Origin: the human T2T-CHM13v2.0 reference genome, Homo sapiens
DNA length: 64,000 nucleotides
Direction: 5' to 3' (one strand)
Assembly: GCF_009914755.1 (NCBI RefSeq)
Contig: NC_060935.1
Shown: positions 12,495-28,455 of the stretch, piece after piece
How positions within the stretch are numbered: the stretch's first letter is position 1
Layout: the number at the start of each line of letters is the position of its first letter
Program-made: the position numbers and the translations under genes
Notes under the pieces: generated by a model
The model's database searches: none
Told to the model about the DNA's origin: nothing
The model's input: only the letters and a program-made list of their open reading frames with translations

Positions 12495-13236
12495 TAACTA
12501 GCTTTTGAACCAGGCCCTATACATTTCTAGCATGCATCCCCACTGCCAACCCATCAACTCCACATAGCCTTCTTCCCAGGAAGTTGCCCTCTGAGTAGTG
12601 TTGGTCCTTTACTGGCAGCAATGCCATCATCCCCATGCAGAACACAATCTTCTAAACAGCAACGCAGTCATCCTCATGGACAGGTGTGTTTTGATGTGTG
12701 TAAGGGATTGGGTTAGGCACTTAAAAGATAGAGCATATGCGTAAAAATGAGCATTTCTCATAACTGGAATAGATAGTGGTACTTCCGAAATTTAATGGAG
12801 AAAAAATGATGCCTAAGACAGTGCAGTCAGGAAAGCTCCAGTGGAAATGTGGGTATTGGCCTGGGCCTTGAGAACTGGTAGGACTTGAAAGGATAAGGGG
12901 GTTCCTGAGCTAAGTGTAGAGCAGTGTGCGTTCCAGGCCCACACATCTATGATCATGGGAAAAATAGAGCCAGAGTAGCTGGAGCAGGAGATTTATAAAG
13001 ATGCACAGAGGAGCTAGAACTAGAGGGATACCTTATATAGAGCCTTGAATACAAAGAGGAGGAATGTTTATTTGAGCCTCTAGGCAGAGGAGTATCTTTA
13101 AAGGGTTTTGATTGGGAGGTGAGGGGCTATGACTATATCAGGGTTTTTGGAGGACAACAGTCTGCAATATGCAAGATGAATTAAAAGGAATTGAGACAGA
13201 GAATTCATTTAGAGAGTTACTTATAAGGTTTAGGGA

Positions 13237-13600
<364 letters not shown>

Positions 13601-13961
13601 CTATGTGGCCTTTGAGGTAATCAAGGTCTGAATTAGGGAAGTAGGAATAGAAAGAAAGAAACTTATTGATGTCAGTGGCCAGTCCATTAAGTGGGGAATC
13701 CAAAATGAAGTGATGATGAAAAACCCAATTAAGTGGCTGAGCGAGCAGAAGCCAGGAAATCTCCAAATATAGATTCAGGTCCAGAAATAGGCTTCAGTTT
13801 TAAGGTACCAGAAGCCCAGGAACTATCTGATCTACCCCATCTACCCCTGGATTTCTGCAAGATGTTCAAAGGACATTGCATATTATAGATTCTCCATAAA
13901 TGTTTGTCAAGCTACACAGGAAATATAGTAAGACATGTTCTCTTTTTTTTTTTCTTGGCAG

Positions 13962-14100
13962 TCTTGGATTCATGCAGAACCTGGCAGATTTCTTTCAGTG
14001 TGGCTGCTTTGGCTTGGTGAAGCCCTGTGTGGTAGATTGGACATCACAGTACACCATGGTCTTTCACCCAGCCAGGGAGAAGGTTCTTCGCTCAGTATGA
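13962..14100 (+). CDS. ZDHHC13: ZDHHC13 last coding exon: [45 protein letters not shown]
   Basis: Polypyrimidine tract and CAG acceptor, TGA at 14098-14100. Completes the PaCCT-like PYNLGxxxN..FF motif. Confidence 0.95.
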
Positions 14101-14534
14101 AGAAAAGCAACCCAAAACTCTCAATCTGATTTGTTTTTGTTTATGTCGATGCCCTGTAGTTTGAAAGTGAAGTAAAGATTTAGAATTCACCTAAGTCCAA
14201 AGGAAAACACGTGGTTTTTAAAGCCATTAGGTAAAAAAAGTTCTCAATAAAGGCATTACAATTTTTTAGGTTTAGAAAGATGGACTTTTCTGATAAATCT
14301 TGGCAGACATCTAAAAAAAAAACCATATTTTTCACAAGAAAATGCAAGTTACTTTTTTTGGAAATAATACTCACTGATTATGGATAAAATGGAATATTTT
14401 CAGATACTATATTGGCTGTTTCAAAATAGTACTATTCTTTAAACTTGTAATTTTTGCTAAGTTATTTGTCTTTGTTGTATCTATAAATATGTAAAAAATA
14501 TTTAAATAGATGTACCTGTTTTGCTTTCACACTT

Positions 14535-14540
14535 AATAAA
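14535..14540 (+). terminator. ZDHHC13: ZDHHC13 polyadenylation signal AATAAA (a more proximal AATAAA lies at 14246-14251)
   Basis: AATAAA about 435 nt after the stop codon, with upstream TGTA elements and downstream T/GT-rich sequence. Confidence 0.75.
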
Positions 14541-17041
14541 AAATTTTTTTTTGTAGTTGAGACTTGGTTTCTGACACTTAACACTTCTAGAGTCTTAAAT
14601 TAAGATGTACGTAGGACACAAATTAGTTCACAATTCCAGGAATGAGTTGAGATTATGATTAATACCAGTAAGCAAGATTTAATTTGGTTTTTCATCTTAC
14701 TTAGAAAATAGAACATAGAAAGTCTTAAATATTAATTACAACTTTACTTAGTACCCTCAAAATATTAGACTGATATGACTGTAATTACTAATTTCCCTTG
14801 TTCTACAGGAAATGCTAATTCAACTTTAGTATAGTATTTATACACCCCTGGGCATGGCACCTTCCTGCTGAATAACCTCCCTTGGGTTCCTGTTGCTCTT
14901 GGGGTAAAAGCAAAAATTCTCATTGTGACCTACAAAGCCTTGAAGCATATAATCCTGTTTTGTTTAGCAGTGTCAGTGGAGCATGTTGTACTCTAATCAT
15001 GTGGCCTTTCATTGCAAGGATCCGTTCTCTCTTCTACCAGAGATAAGAGATGCAGATAAGGAAACTAAAGCCAAAGAAGTTTTTATCTTCTCCAGGGTCA
15101 CAGAGATACCAAATGGGGCTGCCACTGTACAGTCACAGTCACCTAGAATATCACGTGACACATAGTATTTGTTCAAAAAATATTAGAATTTGTTGAACCA
15201 ATTTCAGGGTTTTAAGCAAGAGATGATGCTATCAGAATTGTGTTTGAAGACTGTGCTTCTCAATTGGAGTACAGAAGAGCTTTTTCAAGGTATATTCTCT
15301 TTCTCCCTTCTTCTCTCACCAACTCCTACCAAGTTAGTATTGTGGTCCAAATGGTCCAGAGACATTAGATCAGAGTCACAGGGCCAGGGTGGGTGTCTAG
15401 GGCTCACAGTTTAAAATTCAGTTTCTCCATCTCAGACCTTTCAAATCAGTCTCTAGGGAGAGAGTGCTGGAATCCTAATGATTCTTACATATGCATACTA
15501 CTGTTTGAGAATCATTTACTTAAGGAACCTTACCTTCTCCATTCTATACATTGTGAAAAGTTTAAGCTTGAGAATCACTGCTTAATAGGTATGCAGTTGT
15601 AGTGGTAAAGAGACCAGATTCTAGGGACCCTGGGTTTGAATCTATGACCTATTAATTACCACATAAGTTACTTTTAATCCCTTTGGGCAAATGACATAAA
15701 TCTCTAGAAACTCAGTTTCCTCATTTGGATTATGTAGATAATAATAGTAAACAATTTGAAATGTCATTATGAGAATTAAATGTGTTAATGTTTAAAAGTG
15801 CTTAGAATTGTACTTGGCATATAGTAAATGTTCAATAAATGCTGGCTATTAATTGAGAAGTCTAACAGAAAACTGATTACCAGAAAGATAAGCTAGAGGT
15901 AGAGAAATGCACCAAATCCAGTCTTCCGTGCTCTGTGTTGTATGTTCTAGGGCTAGAATTCTGCAAGCTACAGTCTCCCTGCCAGATGACTTCCTGTTAA
16001 AGTCGGTAGTAGACTGCAAGGAGGAGCAGAAAAGGGACTTATTCCATTCTTCTTGCCCGCTCTTCCTCTCAGTGTTGCTCCAACGATGGCCCTTTGCCCT
16101 GCAATGACATTTTGGAACCAATGTCTAACTTTTCTTCTTCCCAAAACCTACTTCATTGTGCCCCATTAGAAGTACTAGCAATAACCAGGCAGGGCTCTCT
16201 CCTTTGACATCTGACTTCTGCCCCGGGATACTTCTTCTCTGGGCATCTGAATTATGATAACCCATCTCTTCTCTTAGTTTCCCTATTCCCAGGAGTGATA
16301 GCTGCCTCTAGCAATTACTATCTCTATGTTAAATCAGTGTGTTCCCTTGTTACTTTTTCAAAAATAATAGCACCTGTTTAGCTAATTCCCTCTACTATAT
16401 TCTCTTTATTAAAATAACTAGTGTGGTTTCTGTTTTTCTGGTGAAACTTGACAGATACAGAATATTAGAAATAAGCTGTTAATGATGGTCTAGGCAAGAG
16501 GTAATGAAGGCCTGAAGCAAGATGATGACAGTGGCACAGAGGAGACCCAGCAGGCCCAGATCACAGAGTGGATGCGGGGAGAAAAAGAGGAGTCAAAGAT
16601 GGCTTTGAAATGTTGAACCCAATGAATGAGAGGTTGAAGATGCTACTCTGAGAAATAAGGAACACAGTGTGGGGAGACTAGGTGATGAGTTTGGTGGCTG
16701 GGATCTACTGAGTTTGAGATACTTGCAGGCTATCCAGTGGGAAAGTCTAGAAGGCAACTGGAAAGAGGCCAGGGCATGGATGGGAATCATCTGCATAGAT
16801 GGATAAGATTGTCACAGGGGAGAGGTAGGAAATAGATGAAAATGGAGAGTCACCTTCCTCAAATGGAAAGATGAATGCTAAAAAGATACCAAAGATGACA
16901 TCTAATGCGAACAAACAGACTAAAAAGTGTGAGAGGAAGGAGAAGGGCAGGAGCAAAAGCTTATGGAATATGGATTTAGGGAGCTGGAGAAGGAAGAAGT
17001 AACTAAAAGGAGATCGAGTAGGAGGACAAGAAAGTAGTGTC

Positions 17042-17343
<302 letters not shown>

Positions 17344-17464
17344 TAGTGTCATAGAATCAAGAGAGGATTCATTTCAGAGAGGAAGCAGTCAGTTGGCAGG
17401 AACTAAGGAGCAGCTTGAGCAGAAGTTGAGAATAGCTGATGAAAGACAAAAGAGTTTGTGATTA

Positions 17465-17749
<285 letters not shown>

Positions 17750-19106
17750 TTATTAGTGGCCTCAGTTATTAGTGGTGGTTGAGGATGGAGAGTAGAGGCA
17801 AGGAAGACTAAAGAGTCTAAAAGACTAAGGACTAAGTGGAATCTAGTCTTACAGCTTGGCTCTGAAAGGAGAGAGGAGACGGCAGTAGCTTGTGGCATAA
17901 TAGCAAGGTTTAGTCTTTGTTTTATTTTAAATCCAAGACAAACCCAATCATGTTTTTCAGGGCCAGGGGAATGTGACTGTTATGCTATTTTGCCATAACT
18001 TTATTCCTTTCTTCAAATATGTATATAGCCACATTGGAGACAACAAATTTGAATCTCTTTCACAAATATCAGGCAAAATCTTGATCATGCCCCCTGTGAC
18101 TTAGGATGGACGCTGGCACCATGAGTGGAATCACTTGGATGTAGCACAGTCTATATTTCAGGTGTGTAGTAGTCATGGGAGCTCATGCAATAATAAATAT
18201 CCTCCCAATCTCAGTGGCTTCACACAATGTTTCTTTCTCATGTCATGGTCTGTTTAGCTGTTAGCAGGTGTTCTTCCATGCAGTGACTCAAGCTGCTTCC
18301 CATCTAGTGGCTCCACCATTCCTAGGGCCTCAGTATCCACTGGACTTCTGCATCCAGACATATGGAAAGAATGGAGACTCTCCTGAAAGGTCATGGAGGC
18401 CAGGACTTCATTGGGCAAACTCACTCATGTGTCTCAGTGAACAGCAAGGGAGCCTGGGAAATGTAGTGGAACAGCATACCCAAGAAGTGGAAGGGAAATA
18501 CAACTATTGCTGAACCACAATAAGCTTCTTCCTTTGTTTTGTTTTTTTCTAAACTCATTCAGTCCACTATGTAATAAACTTTTAGATTCTAGCAGAATTT
18601 GCATTTAGCCTGGCCTATACTCTCCCCTATTTCATTCACTCAACAAATGTTTATTAGGTGTCTTCTATGTGTCAAGCACTGTGAATGGCTTGACATGTCA
18701 CATTCTTACAAGGAGGCAAATAGGAATTCAAAATTTCAATACGATGACATAAGTACTATGCTAATTACATACCGGCTATGGGAGTACAGAGGTAGATTAA
18801 TTCTGCCCAGGTAGTTCAGGAACAATTTCCAGAGGAGATGGCATTTGACCTGTGACTTGCTTAATAGGAGTTCACCAGGCTAAGAAGTTGGATTAGTGGG
18901 TAGAGATGGGGGGAGGTTCCCATCTTCCAGGAATTCTAGGCAGAAGGAACAGCATTAGCAAAGACATGATGGGGTGAGGGTTCTGGGCATGTTTGGAAAG
19001 CTCCGAGTCTTTGAGTGTAGCTGGAACTTGTCTGGAAGAGATTGTCTAAAGCTAAGTTGAAGGGGTAAGGCCAAGGCCAATTTGTGAAAGTCTTTATGTG
19101 ATACAC

Positions 19107-19495
19107 TGTTATGGGCTGAACTGTGTCTCTGCAAAATTTATTTGTTGAAGTCCTAACCCCCAGTACCTCAGAATGTGATGGCTGCATGTGTAGATAAGGG
19201 CCTTGAAAAAGGTAATTAAGTTACAGTGAGGTCATTCAGGTGGTCCCTAATCCAATATGACTGGTGTCCTTCCAAGAAGTGGAGATTAGACCACAGACAC
19301 CCACAGAGCAAAAACCATGTGAAGACAAAGGGAGAAGACACCCATCTCCAAGCCAATGAGAGTGGTGTCAGAAGAAACTAACACTGCTGACACCTTGATC
19401 TCAGACTTCAGCCTCCAGAAATGTGAGACGATACGTTTCTATTAAGTCACTCAGCCTGTGGTACTTTCTTATGGCAACCCTAACAGACTATTACA
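19107..19495 (+). mobile_element. MaLR solo LTR (MLT1B-like)
   Basis: TGTTATGGGCTGAACTGTGTC start, GAAGTCCTAACCCCCAGTACCTCAGAATGTGA, and a ...GACTATTACA end. Confidence 0.8.
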
Positions 19496-20196
19496 CATCC
19501 TAAAAAGAGGGATGGAGGGGATGTATTCTAGAGACATTTGGAGTCAGAATCCAGGAGACTTGAGAAGTGAGGCAAGGTCAGGTGAGGAAGAGAGCAAAGC
19601 TAAGGATGGCTAAAGTTTTTAGCTTCAGATTTCCTGGGTAGCTGGACGGTGGGGCGAGTCACTGTGAAATGCAGCAGAGGAGGAGGAGGTTGCATTGTCC
19701 TGTGGTCATTTCTCAAATATGTGTTACCCCTCAGCAAACCTGGAAATCCCATGCGTAGTGCCAAGATCGTGTACTGCTTTTAAAGCTCATGTAGGGCCTT
19801 GTCCAAGACACTACATAAACAGCACTGAATAGATGCTCATTTCAAAGAAAGCCTTTCCCAGGGGACTTGGAGGGTGGAGAAACCCATGGTTTAGCCAAGT
19901 ATTTTATAGTTCTTATCACTAGATTTTCACTTGTTTCATGTATTCCAGATAATTCAGAATTGCACAGTGCTGGGGGAAGTGCTGTGGTTGTTAAAAGCAG
20001 AAGCCCAAGAAGTGCTTGAGCTGCTGAAACTTGCTGAAGAGGCAGAGAAAGACATTTCTAATTGGCTGCATTTCATTTGCAAGGCTGGCAAATTTGACGT
20101 AGAAGTCTTAAGAAAATTGCTAAACCCCAGGGAATTGTCCTAGAATAAAAGAAAATCATCCTCATGTCATTTATAATACAGAGGCAAATGCCACGC

Positions 20197-20202
20197 TTTA
20201 TT
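20197..20202 (-). terminator. CSRP3: CSRP3 distal polyadenylation signal AATAAA
   Basis: TTTATT on the + strand about 605 nt after the stop. Further hexamers at 20280-20285 and 20460-20465. Confidence 0.6.
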
Positions 20203-20562
20203 GTCATTTCTGAGTTTTCACGAGATGTGTAACATTACAAAGCCCCACGATAGGACAAAGGGATCAACTCTTCAGCAATTTTATTAGTTTTGATTTTCCT
20301 TTTAGATTTTGCTATCATGTTCTCTATTTTCTCCCAGACCCCCTGTTTTCTTCTCCATTAGCAGTAACTAGAAAGACACTTGGCTGACAGATTCTGAAAG
20401 ACTGCTTTCCTTTGCGCATTGTTTCTTCCTTCTCACTCCTTTCTCAGTTGACATCCAAATTTATTATATGCTCTGCAACTCGTTTTTTGAACTAGCTTTA
20501 TGTTTTTGAAAATTTCTATCTCAAAGAAAAGATCTAGAGCCATACAAGATAGCACTAAAACA

Positions 20563-20572
20563 TTTATTTATT
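20563..20572 (-). terminator. CSRP3: CSRP3 proximal overlapping double polyadenylation signal AATAAATAAA
   Basis: TTTATTTATT on the + strand about 235 nt after the stop, with T-rich sequence downstream on the - strand. Confidence 0.7.
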
Positions 20573-20806
20573 GCCTCTCCCATTCCAAGCATTATAAATA
20601 ATAAAGCATTTGTTATAGATTAAACTTTACATAATTTTCTTCCAAAGGCCTCTTCTAACATTCAGTAAAGACCTGATCACTTCTGAGGAGAAACACATAA
20701 TGTACGACTACAAAGGAGAGGCTATTTGGGGAAAGGTATCGATCTGTGCAGGATTACTTGGCAAGTGTTTTAGGCTCGCAAAAAATCTGAGAAACGGCGC
20801 ACCTCT

Positions 20807-20883
20807 TCATTCTTTCTTTTCCACTTGTTGTGTAAGGCCTCCAAACCCAATACCCGTGGGGCCAAAATTTTTGGCATAGCAAA
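20807..20883 (-). CDS. CSRP3: CSRP3 exon 6 coding part: (V)[24 protein letters not shown]
   Basis: 77 nt, CAG acceptor, TGA at 20807-20809. Second Gly-rich CRP repeat. Confidence 0.97.
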
Positions 20884-20978
20884 CTGTGAATGAGAAGAGG
20901 ATGAAGGGAGAGACAATGCATTGGTTAGTGCCATTTTTTTCAGGGCTTTCTGTCTGAGCACAGTCCTTTTAATTATTA

Positions 20979-21342
<364 letters not shown>

Positions 21343-21921
21343 TTAAAATAAATTTAACAATACTTATCTTAGATCTGTTAATAAAAATTGTTTACACTTC
21401 TTGCCACTTTACTAAATGTGTTTGCAGATATTTTCTCATTTGAGGATTGCCTGCCCAACCTCGTCCCCTGTTGCCTCCCGCCTCTGCCTCCCTTCCTACA
21501 TTCCAGGCACACAGAACCACTTGCAGTACCTGGAATGAACCATGATGTCCCAGCTTAAGTGTCTTTGTAATCAATGATCCCTCTTCCTGGAATGCCCCCT
21601 CCCAAACCCACATTCACCCATCAAGCCTCAGAGGAAGCCTGTCTTGTGAGAAGCTTTCCCCATTACCCCAAGCTGGTTCCTCTCCTCTTTTTAGGTGACT
21701 GCATTGTGAATGTTTCTCTACTATAGACTTTTTTTTTCACTTTGCAATGCAATTATTCATTTACATGTTAATTTCCCTACTGACTTCGGCAATATTTTAG
21801 GGCATTATGAGCTATGAAGGCTGAGGACCCCGTAGGTCTTCTACTGCCAGGAGACGGCAATCATCTGTCAGATAGTGAGCTAGTTCCCATCCTGTGTCAT
21901 CACAGGAAAAGCTTTGGCAGC

Positions 21922-22267
21922 TGATATGGTTTGGCTGTATCCCCACCTAAATCTCATCTTGATTAGCTCACATAATCCCCACATGTTGTGGGAGGGACCC
22001 AGCGGGAGATAATTGAATCACTGGGCGTGCTGTTCTCGTGATAGTAAGCCTCACGAGATCTGATGGTTTTATAAAGGGCAGTTCTCCTGCACTTGCTCTC
22101 TTGCTTGCTGCTATGTAAGGTGTGACTTTGCTCCTCCTTTGACTTCTGCCATGATTGCGAGGCCTCCCCAGCCATGTGGAACTGTGAGTCCATTAAACCT
22201 CTTTTTCTTTATAAATTACCCAGTCTTGAGTATGTCTTTATTAGCAGCATGAGAACAGACTAATACA
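21922..22267 (+). mobile_element. THE1-family MaLR solo LTR
   Basis: TGATATGGTTTGGCTGT...AAATCTCATCTTGA start and GCAGCATGAGAACAGACTAATACA end. Confidence 0.9.
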
Positions 22268-23089
22268 GCAAAGTACAGTTATGACTTATAAAGTCTTCTC
22301 TCTTAACTCCCTTTCCATTGCTCCTCTCACTTCATTCCAACATACTCCTTTGGAGATTCTTGAGACACCATCATTAAGTGATGAAACTCCACTGAGCAAC
22401 AGAATAGGCCTAGGCTCAGGGGTGGAGGACGCATTGCCTTGGCCCTAGTGCATCCCTTCCTTTGATAGTGTCAAGAAGGAGCTAAGCCTCTACTATTTCT
22501 CCACAAGACCAAGGGATTATGGAGGCAGCGAGGGTCAGAGCTGCAAGGACCAGGAGGAAAACCAGATCTGTCCCTATGATCACTAAGTAACGTGCAACAT
22601 CGACAACAGAACTGTTAGTGCGGGGTAGGCAGGAGGGAGATAGACATGTCATGATAAACTCCAGTGAGGCCAAACTGAGTTCACCCTCCTCCAGTCACCC
22701 CCTCTGCCACTCAGGTGAACAGATGGTGTTTCGATTTTTGGAAGGGGGTGTGGTGTTAGTTGTCCTGGCCTGAGGCCTCTTCCAAGACCAGAGGCAGGGC
22801 ACTGTTTCCTCCTCTTCCCTTCCTCTCTCCCCCAGGTGCCTAACTTCCCGAACCACTGAGCATCTGAAAGCATCTGGTCTCTGCCAGGTGCTCCAGTGGA
22901 GAGGACCAGAGCTGGGTCAGGTGGGAGATTCCCTCCCCTTAGGTGGTTTTGCTCCTGAGAACCCAACGCTGCCCAGGCTGAGCAGCCATACCTCCTGGAA
23001 GACACGGGAAGACCTCCAGGCATGAACGTAATTTCCTCTCCCAAGGGCCCTTTTAGGGAAAACATATTTCAAGAAAGTCTCCAGAATCA

Positions 23090-23287
<198 letters not shown>

Positions 23288-24343
23288 TTAACCATTTGCT
23301 TACCTAATGGGCCCCATAATTTCTCCAGGGGTTTGGAGAAAATGAGATGCTATGGCCTTAGCCAGCACTTCTCAGAAGCCTGAAAATGGATTTGTCATGG
23401 TGATTTGCATATGTTTTCCTTCAGAATAGACTAAACGGGAAAGGGCTTCCCCAGGCCAAAAAGATCCAAGGAACAAACTGGTCAGAGAAGGACTTGGGCT
23501 GGGGGCACTGGGTGATGTTTATGTTGAGTATAAAGTTACAGAAGGAAAAAAAATAAAGAAATCAGGCAATTGTTCAGGGAATTCAACCTTGTTTTAACTC
23601 TCTGGTTTAATTCCTCTGTGTAATTCTGAGGCAGAGTTGCATAATTTCGATGTTCTAGATCTCCATCCTCCTGCACATCTGCGTGTCTACCAGGTACAGC
23701 CCAGGGCTTCTCCTATGTCTTCAAATGGCCAGTTTTAGGGTGGAGCCTGCCCTTGTGTTTGAAGTTAGATGCTCCCCACGGCCCTTCCTCCCACCATGTG
23801 GTATAAACATAATTTTTCTCTTTCCTCAGGTCTGACTCCTTTGGTGAGTACCCAGGCTTTGGGCCTGAAACTGGAACTTGCAGAGCACATATGCATGAGT
23901 GTCTCGGACATCTGATGACTTTCCTGAGAGCCAGGAAGTTCGTAAGTGAGGATGCTTCTCTCTACTGTGAGGCATCTGCTATATCCATTGGTCATGGTGG
24001 TAGCAACAGGTTGAGTTAGGCAGTGGTTGGTCTGGGGCTGACATCTTTTGGGGGGATTGTGGACACTGGAGGGTAGACGGGCTTTTGCTTTGTATCCCAG
24101 AACTTTCAGCTGGGTGCCTTCCATCTAGTAGAATAATGCTTGCTGCTTCAAACTGCACCAGTTCCAGCTTTCAAAGGGCAATGCTAGATGACAGACAGCC
24201 CCAGCCTGGGAAAGTGGCTGAGGATGTGTGGTTTCTAAAGTTGTTCTGGGAGCTAGAGAGAATGACAGCTGCTTGCAGCTCCCAATTTTTCTCTCATTCC
24301 TCCCAAATGGCCTGGTGGAGATGAGCAAATTCTGTCTGGCTCA

Positions 24344-24652
<309 letters not shown>

Positions 24653-26277
24653 TTAAATGAGGCGAAATTTGTAAAGCACTTAGAACAGTGCCCGCCTGGC
24701 ATGTAGTAAGGGCTAATAAATGTTTGCTAAAATGGGTTTAGAGCTTTCCTTTTTGTTGTGAAGCACTTAGCAAATGTTCTAGTTATGTTAGCTTGTGTTA
24801 TTGTTGTTGTTGTGTTGTTATTACTACTGTGCTTATTTGTGTTTTTCTGGACCATTTGCAAGGCCACTTCTTTCCTTTCTAAAGAGAGTTGTGAAAATTA
24901 CAGAGCAAGGTGGGATTTTGACAATGGGTGCTAATCAGTTCCTGATGAACCACAGTCCATGAGCTGATGCATTCCTTATCACAAGCCAGGCTGTCGTCCT
25001 GCCTCCAAGGGTCACCTGTCCCAGGAGAACAATGTCCAAAATAGAGACATAATAATAGCCTCTCATGTGTTGGTATCTTTTGGTGTTTGCTTGTATATTA
25101 TATCACTTGAGCTGTACCACAACCCTATAAGGTAGGCAGGGCTGGTTGGAGGAGAGTGAGGATCAGAGCGTGACTGCCCAAGGCCAGGCAGCTCATGAAT
25201 GATGGAACTAGGAGGAAATCCTAGGTCTTCAGACCTTGTTACTCTTTGTGCAGCATCACTAGGAAGCCCTAATGTTGAAAAGTGAACTTCAGTCAATGTG
25301 AGGCAGAGAATGCAGTGGTATGTTTTCTTCCTTAACAAGAGTCTCCATTTGAGATTGAGTAATAAGACAAACTAACAAAAAGAAGTCTTCTCTCTAAGAT
25401 GACTAATCACACATCTCTCCACGTTTCCATGCTCTCCTGTGGCTTACTCTCTTTTGAAGGGATCAGCTGATTCCTCAGATGGCTGAAGTGCTCTCTGGGG
25501 GAGGCCCTCCATGGGACACTTCCTTGGTTGGGCTGGGCCTTTCTGGCCAGTCGCAGTGCAGAGCTCAGCCTGGAGGCCAGCTGGCCAGAGAGTAGTGTCA
25601 GGCCAGTGGCCATCAGACTTTCCTCAATTCTGGGCTGGAGGTCAATGTGGTTATCAAGAAAGTGGACCCAGGGGACCAGACTGGTGGATGGAGGTGGCCA
25701 GAGTGATGTCCCAGCTTCCCTAGGATAATGTGGCGGGAACTCTAGCACTGTATTGGCAACAGGCAGCCAGGGAACCCCCAGAAAAATCATGATTGATTGT
25801 TTACTCTGAGGCACAGCCCATCCTTGCAGACACACTCCCCCTGCCATGTGGACGTTTGTCATCTTACAATCCAAGGGAAGAAATCTTTTCATGACAGGCA
25901 CACAAAGAATGGCCATTGCTGCCCTGCCATATTTGTGTGATTTACACAGAAACTCTCAACGGGGAAGAAAGGAGACTCCATGCAGTTTTGCAAAGGTCAA
26001 ACAATGGAACATCTGTACATCCTGGGTTTTCTCTTGACATGCAAACCAAGAGCCATGGTGTAAAAGTAATTGCCCTTTAGAATGGCAAATAATTTAAAGA
26101 GAGTCTTTGGAGAGATGACACATTGTTCAAACTTGGTCAGACTGAGTATTCCTATTGTTGGCAAGTCAACAATAGAGTCCATTCTCCCACTTCCAGAAAA
26201 CGTTGCTATGGGAACGAAATGAACTGTCCTGATAATTGGAGACTTTAACAGGCAAGGGGGAGCAGGGCAGTAACTCA

Positions 26278-26466
<189 letters not shown>

Positions 26467-26754
26467 TCATGGGATTGGAATTGAAATCCTTCTCCCCTTC
26501 TTTGCACTCCCAATGCCATGCTCGGGGCCAGAGACCCAGCATGAGGGGCCCCTGAGCCAAGAATACAATGTTGATTCCTGACCAGAGTATCTGCCCTGAG
26601 TTGTGCACTCCAAGACAGTCCCGATCTCACAGATGACAAAATTGGGTTCAGTGGTTCCCAGCTGGAAAAGGGTGGAAGCTAGCATTAGAACGAGATATAT
26701 AGTCTCAGACCTGCTAAGGACTGCATCCCTGAGTCTTCCCAAATGACATCAGGG

Positions 26755-26756
<2 letters not shown>

Positions 26757-26799
<43 letters not shown>

Positions 26800-26811
26800 T
26801 GGGCGCGCGCG
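26757..26811. repeat. (GT)20 microsatellite followed by GCGCGCGCG
   Basis: Read directly from the sequence. Confidence 0.95.
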
Positions 26812-28455
26812 TTGGCAGGGGGTGGGTTAAGGCAGGAGAGAAACTTACTTTTTTCTTAATCATAAAAGAATCAGGATTGAGCACTTTCTGTACTTACCAC
26901 AGCCTTTGAAGGACACTGTGATATTCAAGCAGACAATTGCCATTGAGGCTAATTTTGGTCAAATTCTGGAAGCAGAGGAGGTGGGGAAGGGGGTAGACCT
27001 GCCTTATTAACTCCTTAGGCTTCTATTGGCTCAAGCCCCCTGGTTACTGTATATTACCTAATGTAAAGTATCCTCCAGTATAAGGCAATCAAGCCCTCAT
27101 TTTTCCAAAGAGAGGATTTATAGAAAGATTTATTTTGCAAATTTAAAAGGAAACTTTTAAAGATATAAATAAAAATGTCAAATATCTACTTATAATTTTA
27201 ATTTAGTAATATAAATCAACAATATATTGATTTGGAAAGGTTACTTTTTTCTAATCCCACATAAATTTGGGGAATAATTATCTCCAATTCTGTCTTTGCA
27301 TCTTCAACATCGGCATCTCCCTCACCACCAGAATCATTTCTGGGGGCAGCTGGCCCAGCTTTTCTGAGCAGCTCACCTTCACTTCTAACTGTACGTTTAA
27401 AGAGGCAGCCCTGTTTTATACCTGAGTAGGAGGTTGTCACCTAGAAATTGCATCTCAACAAGAAGGACCTATTAGCATAGCATTAGGGCAGATTTTTTAA
27501 AAGATATAGAATTTCCACCATGTAATGACTTGCTACATTGCTTTGCAACAATGATTCTTAAAGGTTGTTTATAGTGATGCTCAGTGCTTATAATAGGGAG
27601 ATAATATCCCCAGGAATAATAATATGTGTGCATTAAATGTATTTGCCTTTTAAAAAAACATTTCCATCAAATGATCCCTATAAGCAATCCAGCATTGAAT
27701 GAGGTTATTTCAGGCTAATATGCCTTCTTCAAATGATATTATCTTTTTTAAAAGATAAAGTAATTGAATATGGGAGTGGAGGAAGAAGATAAGGTTGTAG
27801 ATGAGGTAGGATTAGCCAGGGGCTGATGAGTGTGGGGCAAGGGAGTTTATTCTGGGACTTTATTTGACTATTCTGTCAACATTGTATGTGTTAAAAAATA
27901 TCTGTACCAAAAAAAAGTTTAAATCAGTAAATAAAATAATTGGAAGAATGTCTTACAGCAGGAGAGACTTTATAAGGCTTTAAACACAAGGCATATCTTT
28001 TTTATGAAGATGAATTTGGGGGGAGAATGCCTTATATTGAGACATAGAAGGTGTATACACTTGTCTCTACCCTTCTTGTTACTGTCAGTTACCAACCTCC
28101 ACAACAACTGCTTGCATATTTGCTGATGGTCTAGACTCTGAGTTCCTTGAGGGCAAGCCTGTTTTGTCTTAATATTCCGAGAATTTAGCACAAGGCCTGG
28201 GCCAGAATTAGTCCTCTGTAAACATTTATTGAGTACATGAATGAATGAATGAATGAATGTGTCAATGTAAATCAGTGAGTTGTTCACAATTATACAATAG
28301 TAAGTTGCAGAGCCACGGCTTACCTCAGCTCTTTTGACTCCTAGTCCAGTGCTCATTCCCATCACTCCAAGACTGCCTATACCCTAAGGTGCCCTGGCCA
28401 ATTCTGTAGCCACTCCCTGGCTTCTGATGAGCTTTTGTGAACAGACAAAGGAGAA

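Noticed and set aside
18299-18311. CTCF-like CCACTAGATGG (minus strand) between ZDHHC13 and CSRP3
   Set aside because: Lacks the conserved C after the terminal GG and sits in LTR-like sequence. Not supportable without ChIP data.
27216-27440. Acidic, protein-looking 74-aa ORF as a processed pseudogene fragment
   Set aside because: GTG start, no recognisable parent gene, no poly(A) tail or TSD. Only its splice signals were kept as a finding.
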